A stretch of DNA of 64,000 nucleotides, from NCBI GenBank assembly GCA_964016885.1, contig OZ024761.1:11346001-11410000 (forward strand). The letters are read 5' to 3'. Source of the DNA: Eledone cirrhosa (taxonomy: Eukaryota). The translations under genes were made by a program, and so were the position numbers. Each line of letters begins with the position of its first letter. Positions within the stretch are counted from its first letter, which is position 1. Positions 35,501 to 50,500 of the stretch are shown in pieces. The notes under the pieces are model-generated. The model searched no databases, was not told the origin of the DNA, and saw only the letters and a program-made list of their open reading frames with translations.

Positions 35501-38500
35501 CTAGACTAGCTCTGCAATCTATACCAGGGTATTTAGTACCCTAGACTAGCTCTACAATCTATACCAGGGTATTTAGTACCCTAGACTAGCTCCACAATCT
35601 ATACCACGGTATTTAGCACCCTAGACTAGCTCTACAATCTATACCACAGTATTTAGCACCCTAGACTAGCTCTACAATCTATACCACAGTATTTAGCACC
35701 CTAGACTAGCTCTACAATCTATACCAGGGTATTTAGTACCCTAGACTAGCTCTACAATCTATACCACAGTATTTAGCACCCTAGACTAGCTCTACAATCT
35801 ATACCACAGTATTTAGCAACCTAGACTAGCTCTACAATCTATACCAGGGTATTTAGTACCCTAGACTAGCTCTACAATCTATACCACAGTATTTAGCACC
35901 CTAGACTAGCTCTACAATCTATACCAAAGTATTTAGCACCCTAGACTAGCTCTACAATCTATACCACAGTATTTAGCACCCTAGACTAGCTCTACAATCT
36001 ATACCACGGTATTTAGTACCCTAGACTAGCTCTACAATCTATACCACAGTATTTAGCATCCTAGACTAGCTCTACAATCTATACCACGGTATTTAGTACC
36101 CTAGACTAGCTCTACAATCTATACCACAGTATTTAGCACCCTAGACTAGCTCTACAATCTATACCAGGGTATTTAGTACCCTAGACTAGCTCTACAATCT
36201 ATACCACGGTATTTAGTACCCTAGACTAGCTCTACAATCTATACCACAGTATTTAGCACCCTAGACTAGCTCTACAATCTATACCAGGCTATTTAGCACC
36301 CTAGACTAGCTCTACAATCTATACCACAGTATTTAGCACCCTAGACTAGCTCTACAATCTATACCACAGTATTTAGCACCCTAGACTAGCTCTACAATCT
36401 ATACCACAGTATTTAGCACCCTAGACTAGCTCTACAATCTATACCAGGGTATTTAGCACACTAGACTAGCTCTACAATCTATACCACAGTATTTAGCACC
36501 CTAGACTAGCTCTACAATCTATACCAGGGTATTTAGCACCCTAGACTAGCTCTACAATCTATACCACAGTATTTAGCACCCTAGACTAGCTCTACAATCT
36601 ATACCAGGGTATTTAGCACCCTAGACTAGCTCTACAATCTATACCACAGTATTTAGCACCCTAGACTAGCTCTACAATCTATACCAGGGTATTTAGCACC
36701 CTAGACTAGCTCTACAATCTATACCACAGTATTTAGCACCCTAGACTAGCTCTACAATCTATACCAGGGTATTTAGCACCCTAGACTAGCTCTACAATCT
36801 ATACCACAGTATTTAGTACCCTAGACTAGCTCTACAATCTATACCACAGTATTTAGTACCCTAGACTAGCTCTACAATCTATACCACAGTATTTAGTACC
36901 CTAGACTAGCTCTACAATCTATACCAGGGTATTTAGCACCCTAGACTAGCTCTACAATCTATACCACAGTATTTAGTACACTAGACTAGCTCTACAATCT
37001 ATACCACAGTATTTAGTACCCTAGACTAGCTCTGCAATCTATACCAGGGTATTTAGTACCCTAGACTAGCTCTACAATCTATACCACGGTATTTAGTACC
37101 CTAGACTAGCTCTACAATCTATACCACAGTATTTAGCACCCTAGACTAGCTCTACAATCTATACCAGGGTATTTAGTACCCTAGACTAGCTCTACAATCT
37201 GTATCACAGTATTTAGCACCCTAGACTAGCTCTACAATCTATACCACAGTATTTAGCAACCTAGACTAGCTCTACAATCTATACCAGGGTATTTAGTACC
37301 CTAGACTAGCTCTACAATCTATACCACAGTATTTAGCACCCTAGACTAGCTCTACAATCTATACCACGGTATTTAGTACCCTAGACTAGCTCTACAATCT
37401 ATACCACAGTATTTAGCACCCTAGACTAGCTCTACAATCTATACCAGGGTATTTAGTACCCTAGACTGGCTCTACAATCTATACCACGGTATTTAGTACC
37501 CTAGACGAGCTCTACAATCTATACCACAGTATTTAGCACCGTAGACTAGCTCTACAATCTATACCAGGGTATTTAGCACCATAGACTAGCTCTACAATCT
37601 ATACCACAGTATTTAGCACCCTAGACTAGCTCTACAATCTATACCAGGGTATTTAGCACCCTAGACTAGCTCTACAATCTATACCACAGTATTTAGCACC
37701 CTAGACTAGCTCTACAATCTATACCACGGTATTTAGTACCCTAGACTAGCTCTACAATCTATACCACAGTATTTAGCACCCTAGACTAGCTCTACAATCT
37801 ATACCAGGGTATTTAGTACCCTAGACTAGCTCTACAATCTATACCACGGTATTTAGTACCCTAGACTAGCTCTACAATCTATACCACAGTATTTAGCACC
37901 CTAGACTAGCTCTACAATCTATACCAGGGTATTTAGTACCCTAGACTAGCTCTACAATCTATACCACGGTATTTAGTACCCTAGACTAGCTCTACAATCT
38001 ATACCACAGTATTTAGCACCCTAGACTAGCTCTACAATCTATACCACAGTATTTAGCACCCTAGACTAGCTCTACAATCTATACCACAGTATTTAGCACC
38101 CTAGACTAGCTCTACAATCTATACCAGGGTATTTAGTACCCTAGACTAGCTCTACAATCTATACCACGTATTTAGTCACCCTAGACTAGCTCTACAATAC
38201 CAGGGTATTTAGTACCCTAGACTAGCTCTACAATCTATACCACGGTATTTAGTACCCTAGACTAGCTCTACAATCTATACCACAGTATTTAGCACCCTAG
38301 ACTAGCTCTACAATCTATACCACAGTATTTAGCACCCTAGACTAGCTCTACAATCTATACCACAGTATTTAGCACCCTAGAGTAGCTCTACAATCTATAC
38401 CAGGGTATTTAGTACCCTAGACTAGCTCTACAATCTATACCAGGGAGGGTATTAGCACCCTAGACTAGCTCTACAATCTATACCACAGTATTTAGCACCC

Positions 38501-41500
38501 TAGACTAGCTCTACAATCTATACCACGGTATTTAGTACCCTAGACTAGCTCTACAATCTATACCACAGTATTTAGCACCCTTGACTAGCTCTACAATCTA
38601 TACCACAGTATTTAGCACCCTAGACTAGCTCTACAATCTATACCACAGTATTTAGCACCCTAGACTAGCTCTACAATCTATACGACGGTATTTAGCACCT
38701 AGACTAGCTCTACAATCTATACCACGGTATTTAGCACCCTAGACTAGCTCTACAATCTATACCAGGGTATTTAGTACCCTAGACTAGCTCTACAATCTAT
38801 ACCACGGTATTTAGCACCCTAGACTAGCTCTACAATCTATACCAGGGTATTTAGTACCCTAGACTAGCTCTACAATCTATACCAGGGTATTTAGTACCCT
38901 AGACTAGCTCTACAATCTATACCAGGGTATTTAGTACCCTAGACTAGCTCTACAATCTATACCACGGTATTTAGCACCCTAGACTAGCTCTACAATCTAT
39001 ACCACGGTATTTAGCACCCTAGACTAGCTCTACAATCTATACCACGGTATTTAGTACCCTAGACTAGCTCTACAATCTATACCACGGTATTTAGTACCCT
39101 AGACTAGCTCTACAATCTATACCACAGTATTTAGCACCCTAGACTAGCTCTACAATCTATACCAGGGTATTTAGTACCCTAGACTAGCTCTACAATCTAT
39201 ATCACAGTATTTAGCACCCTAGACTAGCTCTACAATCTATACCACAGTATTTAGCAACCTAGACTAGCTCTACAATCTATACCAGGGTATTTAGTACCCT
39301 AGACTAGCTCTACAATCTATACCACAGTATTTAGCACCCTAGACTAGCTCTACAATCTATACCACAGTATTTAGCATCCTATACTAGCTCTACAATCTAT
39401 ACCAGGGTATTTAGTACCCTAGACTAGCTCTACAATCTATACCACAGTATTTAGCACCCTAGACTAGCTCTACAATCTATACCACGGTATTTAGTACCCT
39501 AGACTAGCTCTACAATCTATACCACAGTATTTAGCACCCTAGACTAGCTCTACAATCTATACCAGGGTATTTAGTACCCTAGACTGGCTCTACAATCTAT
39601 ACCACGGTATTTAGTACCCTAGACGAGCTCTACAATCTATACCACAGTATTTAGCACCGTAGACTAGCTCTACAATCTATACCAGGGTATTTAGCACCAT
39701 AGACTAGCTCTACAATCTATACCACAGTATTTAGCACCCTAGACTAGCTCTACAATCTATACCAGGGTATTTAGCACCCTAGACTAGCTCTACAATCTAT
39801 ACCACAGTATTTAGCACCCTAGACTAGCTCTACAATCTATACCACGGTATTTAGTACCCTAGACTAGCTCTACAATCTATACCACAGTATTTAGCACCCT
39901 AGACTAGCTCTACAATCTATACCAGGGTATTTAGTACCCTAGACTAGCTCTACAATCTATACCACGGTATTTAGTACCCTAGACTAGCTCTACAATCTAT
40001 ACCACAGTATTTAGCACCCTAGACTAGCTCTACAATCTATACCAGGGTATTTAGTACCCTAGACTAGCTCTACAATCTATACCACGGTATTTAGTACCCT
40101 AGACTATCTCTACAATCTATACCACAGTATTTAGCACCCTAGACTAGCTCTACAATCTATACCACAGTATTTAGCACCCTAGACTAGCTCTACAATCTAT
40201 ACCACAGTATTTAGCACCCTAGACTAGCTCTACAATCTATACCAGGGTATTTAGTACCCTAGACTAGCTCTACAATCTATACCACGGTATTTAGTACCCT
40301 AGACTAGCTCTACAATCTATACCACAGTATTTAGCACCCTAGACTAGCTCTACAATCTATACCAGGGTATTTAGTACCCTAGACTAGCTCTACAATCTAT
40401 ACCACGGTATTTAGTACCCTAGACTAGCTCTACAATCTATACCACAGTATTTAGCACCCTAGACTAGCTCTACAATCTATACCACAGTATTTAGCACCCT
40501 AGACTAGCTCTACAATCTATACCACAGTATTTAGCACCCTAGACTAGCTCTACAATCTATACCAGGGTATTTAGTACCCTAGACTAGCTCTACAATCTAT
40601 ACCAGGGTATTTAGCACCCTAGACTAGCTCTACAATCTATACCACAGTATTTAGCACCCTAGACTAGCTCTACAATCTATACCACGGTATTTAGTACCCT
40701 AGACTAGCTCTACAATCTATACCACAGTATTTAGCACCCTTGACTAGCTCTACAATCTATACCACAGTATTTAGCACCCTAGACTAGCTCTACAATCTAT
40801 ACCACAGTATTTAGCACCCTAGACTAGCTCTACAATCTATACGAGGGTATTTAGCACCTAGACTAGCTCTACAATCTATACCACGGTATTTAGCACCCTA
40901 GACTAGCTCTACAATCTATACCAGGGTATTTAGTACCCTAGACTAGCTCTACAATCTATACCACGGTATTTAGCACCCTAGACTAGCTCTACAATCTATA
41001 CCAGGGTATTTAGTACCCTAGACTAGCTCTACAATCTATACCAGGGTATTTAGTACCCTAGACTAGCTCTACAATCTATACCAGGGTATTTAGTACCCTA
41101 GACTAGCTCTACAATCTATACCACGGTATTTAGCACCCTAGACTAGCTCTACAATCTATACCACGGTATTTAGCACCCTAGACTAGCTCTACAATCTATA
41201 CCACGGTATTTAGTACCCTAGACTAGCTCTACAATCTATACCACAGTATTTAGCACCCTAGACTAGCTCTACAATCTATACCAGGGTATTTAGTACCCTA
41301 GACTAGCTCTACAATCTATACCACGGTATTTAGCACCCTAGACTAGCTCTACAATCTATACCAGGGTATTTAGTACCCTAGACTAGCTCTACAATCTATA
41401 CCACAGTATTTAGTACCCTAGACTAGCTCTACAATCTATACCAGGGTATTTAGTACCCTAGACTAGCTCTACAATCTATACCACGGTATTTAGCACCCTA

Positions 41501-44500
41501 GACTAGCTCTACAATCTATACCACAGTATTTAGCACCCTAGACTAGCTCTACAATCTATACCACAGTATTTAGCACCCTAGACTAGCTCTACAATCTATA
41601 CCAGGGTATTTAGTACCCTAGACTAGCTCTACAATCTATACCACAGTATTTAGCACCCTAGACTAGCTCTACAATCTATACCACAGTATTTAGCAACCTA
41701 GACTAGCTCTACAATCTATACCAGGGTATTTAGTACCCTAGACTAGCTCTACAATCTATACCACAGTATTTAGCACCCTAGACTAGCTCTACAATCTATA
41801 CCACAGTATTTAGCACCCTAGACTAGCTCTACAATCTATACCACAGTATTTAGCACCCTAGACTAGCTCTACAATCTATACCAGGGTATTTAGTACCCTA
41901 GACTAGCTCTACAATCTTTACCACGGTATTTAGTACCCTAGACTAGCTCTACAATCTATACCACAGTATTTAGCACCCTAGACTAGCTCTACAATCTATA
42001 CCAGGGTATTTAGCACCCTAGACTAGCTCTACAATCTATACCACAGTATTTAGCACCCTAGACTAGCTCTACAATCTATACCAGGGTATTTAGCACCCTA
42101 GACTAGCTCTACAATCTATACCACAGTATTTAGCACCCTAGACTAGCTCTACAATCTATACCAGGGTATTTAGCACACTAGACTAGCTCTACAATCTATA
42201 CCACAGTATTTAGCACCCTAGACTAGCTCTACAATCTATACCAGGGTATTTAGCACCCTAGACTAGCTCTACAATCTATACCACAGTATTTAGCACCCTA
42301 GACTAGCTCTACAATCTATACCAGGGTATTTAGCACCCTAGACTAGCTCTACAATCTATACCACAGTATTTAGCACCCTAGACAAGCTCTACAATCTATA
42401 CCAGGGTATTTAGCACCCTAGACTAGCTCTACAATCTATACCACAGTATTTAGCACCCTAGACTAGCTCTACAATCTATACCAGGGTATTTAGCACCCTA
42501 GACTAGCTCTACAATCTATACCACAGTATTTAGCACCCTAGACTAGCTCTACAATCTATACCACGGTATTTAGTACCCTAGACTAGCTCTACAATCTATA
42601 CCACAGTATTTAGCACCCTAGACTAGCTCTACAATCTATACCAGGGTATTTAGTACCCTAGACTAGCTCTACAATCTATACCACGGTATTTAGTACCCTA
42701 GACTAGCTCTACAATCTATACCACAGTATTTAGCACCCTAGACTAGCTCTACAATCTATACCACAGTATTTAGCACCCTAGACTAGCTCTACAATCTATA
42801 CCACAGTATTTAGCACCCTAGACTAGCTCTACAATCTATACCAGGGTATTTAGTACCCTAGACTAGCTCTACAATCTATACCAGGGTATTTAGCACCCTA
42901 GACTAGCTCTACAATCTATACCACAGTATTTAGCACCCTAGACTAGCTCTACAATCTATACCACGGTATTTAGTACCCTAGACTAGCTCTACAATCTATA
43001 CCACAGTATTTAGCACCCTTGACTAGCTCTACAATCTATACCACAGTATTTAGCACCCTAGACTAGCTCTACAATCTATACCACAGTATTTAGCACCCTA
43101 GACTAGCTCTACAATCTATACGAGGGTATTTAGCACCTAGACTAGCTCTACAATCTATACCACGGTATTTAGCACCCTAGACTAGCTCTACAATCTATAC
43201 CAGGGTATTTAGTACCCTAGACTAGCTCTACAATCTATACCACGGTATTTAGCACCCTAGACTAGCTCTACAATCTATACCAGGGTATTTAGTACCCTAG
43301 ACTAGCTCTACAATCTATACCAGGGTATTTAGTACCCTAGACTAGCTCTACAATCTATACCAGGGTATTTAGTACCCTAGACTAGCTCTACAATCTATAC
43401 CACGGTATTTAGCACCCTAGACTAGCTCTACAATCTATACCACGGTATTTAGCACCCTAGACTAGCTCTACAATCTATACCACGGTATTTAGTACCCTAG
43501 ACTAGCTCTACAATCTATACCACAGTATTTAGCACCCTAGACTAGCTCTACAATCTATACCAGGGTATTTAGTACCCTAGACTAGCTCTACAATCTATAC
43601 CACGGTATTTAGCACCCTAGACTAGCTCTACAATCTATACCAGGGTATTTAGTACCCTAGACTAGCTCTACAATCTATACCACAGTATTTAGTACCCTAG
43701 ACTAGCTCTACAATCTATACCAGGGTATTTAGTACCCTAGACTAGCTCTACAATCTATACCACGGTATTTAGCACCCTAGACTAGCTCTACAATCTATAC
43801 CACAGTATTTAGCACCCTAGACTAGCTCTACAATCTATACCACAGTATTTAGCACCCTAGACTAGCTCTACAATCTATACCAGGGTATTTAGTACCCTAG
43901 ACTAGCTCTACAATCTATACCACAGTATTTAGCACCCTAGACTAGCTCTACAATCTATACCACAGTATTTAGCAACCTAGACTAGCTCTACAATCTATAC
44001 CAGGGTATTTAGTACCCTAGACTAGCTCTACAATCTATACCACAGTATTTAGCACCCTAGACTAGCTCTACAATCTATACCACAGTATTTAGCACCCTAG
44101 ACTAGCTCTACAATCTATACCACAGTATTTAGCACCCTAGACTAGCACTACAATCTATACCAGGGTATTTAGTACCCTAGACTAGCTCTACAATCTTTAC
44201 CACGGTATTTAGTACCCTAGACTAGCTCTACAATCTATACCACAGTATTTAGCACCCTAGACTAGCTCTACAATCTATACCAGGGTATTTAGCACCCTAG
44301 ACTAGCTCTACAATCTATACCACAGTATTTAGCACCCTAGACTAGCTCTACAATCTATACCAGGGTATTTAGCACCCTAGACTAGCTCTACAATCTATAC
44401 CACAGTATTTAGCACCCTAGACTAGCTCTACAATCTATACCAGGGTATTTAGCACACTAGACTAGCTCTACAATCTATACCACAGTATTTAGCACCCTAG

Positions 44501-47500
44501 ACTAGCTCTACAATCTATACCAGGGTATTTAGCACCCTAGACTAGCTCTACAATCTATACCACAGTATTTAGCACCCTAGACTAGCTCTACAATCTATAC
44601 CAGGGTATTTAGCACCCTAGACTAGCTCTACAATCTATACCACAGTATTTAGCACCCTAGACAAGCTCTACAATCTATACCAGGGTATTTAGCACCCTAG
44701 ACTAGCTCTACAATCTATACCACAGTATTTAGCACCCTAGACTAGCTCTACAATCTATACCAGGGTATTTAGCACCCTAGACTAGCTCTACAATCTATAC
44801 CACAGTATTTAGTACCCTAGTCTAGCTCTACAATCTATACCACAGTATTTAGTACCCTAGACTAGCTCTACAATCTATACCACAGTATTTAGTACCCTAG
44901 ACTAGCTCTACAATCTATACCAGGGTATTTAGCACCCTAGACTAGCTCTACAATCTATACCACAGTATTTAGTACCCTAGACTAGCTCTACAATCTATAC
45001 CACAGTATTTAGTACCCTAGACTAGCTCTACAATCTATACCACAGTATTTAGTACCCTAGACTAGCTCTACAATCTATACCACAGTATTTAGCACCCTAG
45101 ACTAGCTCTACAATCTATACCACAGTATTTAGCACCCTAGACTAGCTCTACAATCTATACCACAGTATTTAGCACCCTAGACTAGCTCTACAATCTATAC
45201 CAGGGTATTTAGTACCCTAGACTAGCTCTACAATCTATACCACAGTATTTAGTACCCTAGACTAGCTCTACAATCTATACCACGGTATTTAGTACCCTAG
45301 ACTAGCTCTACAATCTATACCACAGTATTTAGCACCCTAGACTAGCTCTACAATCTATACCAGGGTATTTAGTACCCTAGACTAGCTCTACAATCTATAC
45401 CACGGTATTTAGTACCCTAGACTAGCTCTACAATCTATACCAGGGTATTTAGCACCCTAGACTAGCTCTACAATCTATACCACAGTATTTAGCACCCTAG
45501 ACTAGCTCTACAATCTATACCACGGTATTTAGTACCCTAGACTAGCTCTACAATCTATACCACAGTATTTAGCACCCTAGACTAGCTCTACAATCTATAC
45601 CACAGTATTTAGCACCCTAGACTAGCTCTACAATCTATACCAGGGTATTTAGCACCTAGACTAGCTCTACAATCTATACCACGGTATTTAGCACCCTAGA
45701 CTAGCTCTACAATCTATACCAGGGTATTTAGTACCCTAGACTAGCTCTACAATCTATACCACGGTATTTAGCACCCTAGACTAGCTCTACAATCTATACC
45801 AGGGTATTTAGTACCCTAGACTAGCTCTACAATCTATACCAGGGTATTTAGTACCCTAGACTAGCTCTACAATCTATACCAGGGTATTTAGTACCCTAGA
45901 CTAGCTCTACAATCTATACCACGGTATTTAGCACCCTAGACTAGCTCTACAATCTATACCACGGTATTTAGCACCCTAGACTAGCTCTACAATCTATACC
46001 ACGGTATTTAGTACCCTAGACTAGCTCTACAATCTATACCACAGTATTTAGCACCCTAGACTAGCTCTACAATCTATACCAGGGTATTTAGTACCCTAGA
46101 CTAGCTCTACAATCTATACCACAGTATTTAGCACCCTAGACTAGCTCTGCAATCTATACCAGGGTATTTAGTACCCTAGACTAGCTCTACATTCTATACC
46201 AGGGTATTTAGTACCCTAGACTAGCTCCACAATCTATACCACGGTATTTAGCACCCTAGACTAGCTCTACAATCTATACCACAGTATTTAGCACCCTAGA
46301 CTAGCTCTACAATCTATACCACAGTATTTAGCACCCTAGACTAGCTCTACAATCTATACCAGGGTATTTAGTACCCTAGACTAGCTCTACAATCTATACC
46401 ACAGTATTTAGCACCCTAGACAAGCTCTACAATCTATACCACAGTATTTAGCAACCTAGACTAGCTCTACAATCTATACCAGGGTATTTAGTACCCTAGA
46501 CTAGCTCTACAATCTATACCACAGTATTTAGCACCCTAGACTAGCTCTACAATCTATACCAAAGTATTTAGCACCCTAGACTAGCTCTACAATCTATACC
46601 ACAGTATTTAGCACCCTAGACTAGCTCTACAATCTATACCACGGTATTTAGTACCCTAGACTAGCTCTACAATCTATACCACAGTATTTAGTACCCTAGA
46701 CTAGCTCTACAATCTATACCACGGTATTTAGTACCCTAGACTAGCTCTACAATCTATACCACAGTATTTAGCACCCTAGACTAGCTCTACAATCTATACC
46801 AGGCTATTTAGCACCCTAGACTAGCTCTACAATCTATACCACAGTATTTAGCACCCTAGACTAGCTCTACAATCTATACCAGGGTATTTAGCACCCTAGA
46901 CTAGCTCTACAATCTATACCACAGTATTTAGCACCCTAGACTAGCTCTACAATCTATACCAGGGTATTTAGCACACTAGACTAGCTCTACAATCTATACC
47001 ACAGTATTTAGCACCCTAGACTAGCTCTACAATCTATACCAGGGTATTTAGCACCCTAGACAAGCTCTACAATCTATACCACAGTATTTAGCACCCTAGA
47101 CTAGATCTACAATCTATACCAGGGTATTTAGCACCCTAGACTAGCTCTACAATCTATACCACAGTATTTAGCACCCTAGACTAGCTCTACAATCTATACC
47201 ACAGTATTTAGCACCCTAGACTAGCTCTACAATCTATACCAGGGTATTTCGTACCCTAGACTAGCTCTACAATCTATACCAGGTTATTTAGCACCCTAGA
47301 CTAGCTCTACAATCTATACCACAGTATTTAGCACCCTAGACTAGCTCTACAATCTATACCAGGGTATTTAGCACCCTAGACTAGCTCTACAATCTATACC
47401 ACAGTATTTAGCACCCTAGACTAGCTCTACAATCTATACCAGGGTATTTAGCACCCTAGACTAGCTCTACAATCTATACCACAGTATTTAGTACCCTAGA

Positions 47501-50500
47501 CTAGCTCTACAATCTATACCACAGTATTTAGTACCCTAGACTAGCTCTACAATCTATACCACAGTATTTAGTACCCTAGACTAGCTCTACAATCTATACC
47601 AGGGTATTTAGCACCCTAGACTAGCTCTACAATCTATACCACAGTATTTAGTACACTAGACTAGCTCTACAATCTATACCACAGTATTTAGTACCCTAGA
47701 CTAGCTCTGCAATCTATACCAGGGTATTTAGTACCCTAGACTAGCTCTACAATCTATACCACGGTATTTAGTACCCTAGACTAGCTCTACAATCTATACC
47801 ACAGTATTTAGCACCCTAGACTAGCTCTACAATCTATACCAGGGTATTTAGTACCCTAGACTAGCTCTACAATCTATACCACAGTATTTAGCACCCTAGA
47901 CTAGCTCTACAATCTATACCACAGTATTTAGCAACCTAGACTAGCTCTACAATCTATACCAGGGTATTTAGTACCCTAGACTAGCTCTACAATCTATACC
48001 ACAGTATTTAGCACCCTAGACTAGCTCTACAATCTATACCACAGTATTTAGCACCCTAGACTAGCTCTACAATCTATACCAGGGTATTTAGTACCCTAGA
48101 CTAGCTCTACAATCTATACCACAGTATTTAGCACCCTAGACTAGCTCTACAATCTATACCACGGTATTTAGTACCCTAGACTAGCTCTACAATCTATACC
48201 ACAGTATTTAGCACCCTAGACTAGCTCTACAATCTATACCAGGGTATTTAGTACCCTAGACTAGCTCTACAATCTATACCACGGTATTTAGTACCCTAGA
48301 CGAGCTCTACAATCTATACCACAGTATTTAGCACCCTAGACTAGCTCTACAATCTATACCAGGGTATTTAGCACCCTAGACTAGCTCTACAATCTATACC
48401 ACAGTATTTAGCACCCTAGACTAGCTCTACAATCTATACCAGGGTATTTAGCACCCTAGACTAGCTCTACAATCTATACCACAGTATTTAGCACCCTAGA
48501 CTAGCTCTACAATCTATACCAGGGTATTTAGCACCCTAGACTAGCTCTACAATCTATACCACAGTATTTAGCACCCTAGACTAGCTCTACAATCTATACC
48601 AGGGTATTTAGCACCCTAGACTAGCTCTACAATCTATACCACAGTATTTAGCACCCTAGACTAGCTCTACAATCTATACCAGGGTATTTAGCACCCTAGA
48701 CTAGCTCTACAATCTATACCACAGTATTTAGCACCCTAGACTAGCTCTACAATCTATACCAGGGTATTTAGCACCCTAGACTAGCTCTACAATCTATACC
48801 ACAGTATTTAGTACCCTAGACTAGCTCTACAATCTATACCACAGTATTTAGTACCCTAGACTAGCTCTACAATCTATACCACAGTATTTAGTACCCTAGA
48901 CTAGCTCTACAATCTATACCACAGTATTTAGTACCCTAGACTAGCTCTACAATCTATACCACAGTATTTAGCACCCTAGACTAGCTCTACAATCTATACC
49001 ACAGTATTTAGTACCCTAGACTAGCTCTACAATCTATACCACAGTATTTAGTACCCTAGACTAGCTCTACAATCTATACCACAGTATTTAGTACCCTAGA
49101 CTAGCTCTACAATCTATACCACTGTATTTAGTACCCTAGACTAGCTCTATAATCTATACCACAGTATTTAGTACCCTAGACTAGCTCTACAATCTATACC
49201 ACAGTATTTAGTACCCTAGACTAGCTCTACAATCTATACCACAGTATTCAGTACCCTAGACTAGCTCTACAATCTATACCACAGTATTTAGCACCCTAGA
49301 CTAGCTCTACAATCTATACCACAGTATTTAGCACCCTAGACTAGCTCTACAATCTATACCAGGGTATTTAGTACCCTAGACTAGCTCTACAATCTATACC
49401 ACGGTATTTAGTACCCTAGACTAGCTCTACAATCTATACCACAGTATTTAGCACCCTAGACTAGCTCTACAATCTATACCACAGTATTTAGCACCCTAGA
49501 CTAGCTCTACAATCTCTACCACAGTATTTAGCACCCGAGACAAGCTCTACAATCTATACCAGGGTATTTAGTACCCTAGACTAGCTCTACAATCTATACC
49601 ACGGTATTTAGTACCCTAGACTAGCTCTACAATCTATACCACAGTATTTAGCACCCTAGACTAGCTCTACAATCTATACCAGGCTATTTAGCACCCTAGA
49701 CTAGCTCTACAATCTATACCACAGTATTTAGCACCCTAGACTAGCTCTACAATCTATACCAGGGTATTTAGCACCCTAGACTAGCTCTACAATCTATACC
49801 ACAGTATTTAGCACCCTAGACTAGCTCTACAATCTATACCAGGGTATTTAGCACACTAGACTAGCTCTACAATCTATACCACAGTATTTAGCACCCTAGA
49901 CTAGCTCTACAATCTATACCAGGGTATTTAGCACCCTAGACAAGCTCTACAATCTATACCACAGTATTTAGCATCCTAGACTAGCTCTACAATCTATACC
50001 AGGGTATTTAGCACCCTAGACTAGCTCTACAATCTATACCACAGTATTTAGCACCCTAGACTAGCTCTACAATCTATACCAGGGTATTTAGTACCCTAGA
50101 CTAGCTCTACAATCTATACCAGGGTATTTAGTACCCTAGACTAGCTCTACAATCTATACCAGGGTATTTAGTACCCTAGACTAGCTCTACAATCTATACC
50201 ACGGTATTTAGCACCCTAGACTAGCTCTACAATCTATACCACGGTATTTAGCACCCTAGACTAGCTCTACAATCTATACCACGGTATTTAGTACCCTAGA
50301 CTAGCTCTACAATCTATACCACAGTATTTAGCACCCTAGACTAGCTCTACAATCTATACCAGGGTATTTAGTACCCTAGACTAGCTCTACAATCTATACC
50401 ACAGTATTTAGCACCCTAGACTAGCTCTGCAATCTATACCAGGGTATTTAGTACCCTAGACTAGCTCTACATTCTATACCAGGGTATTTAGTACCCTAGA

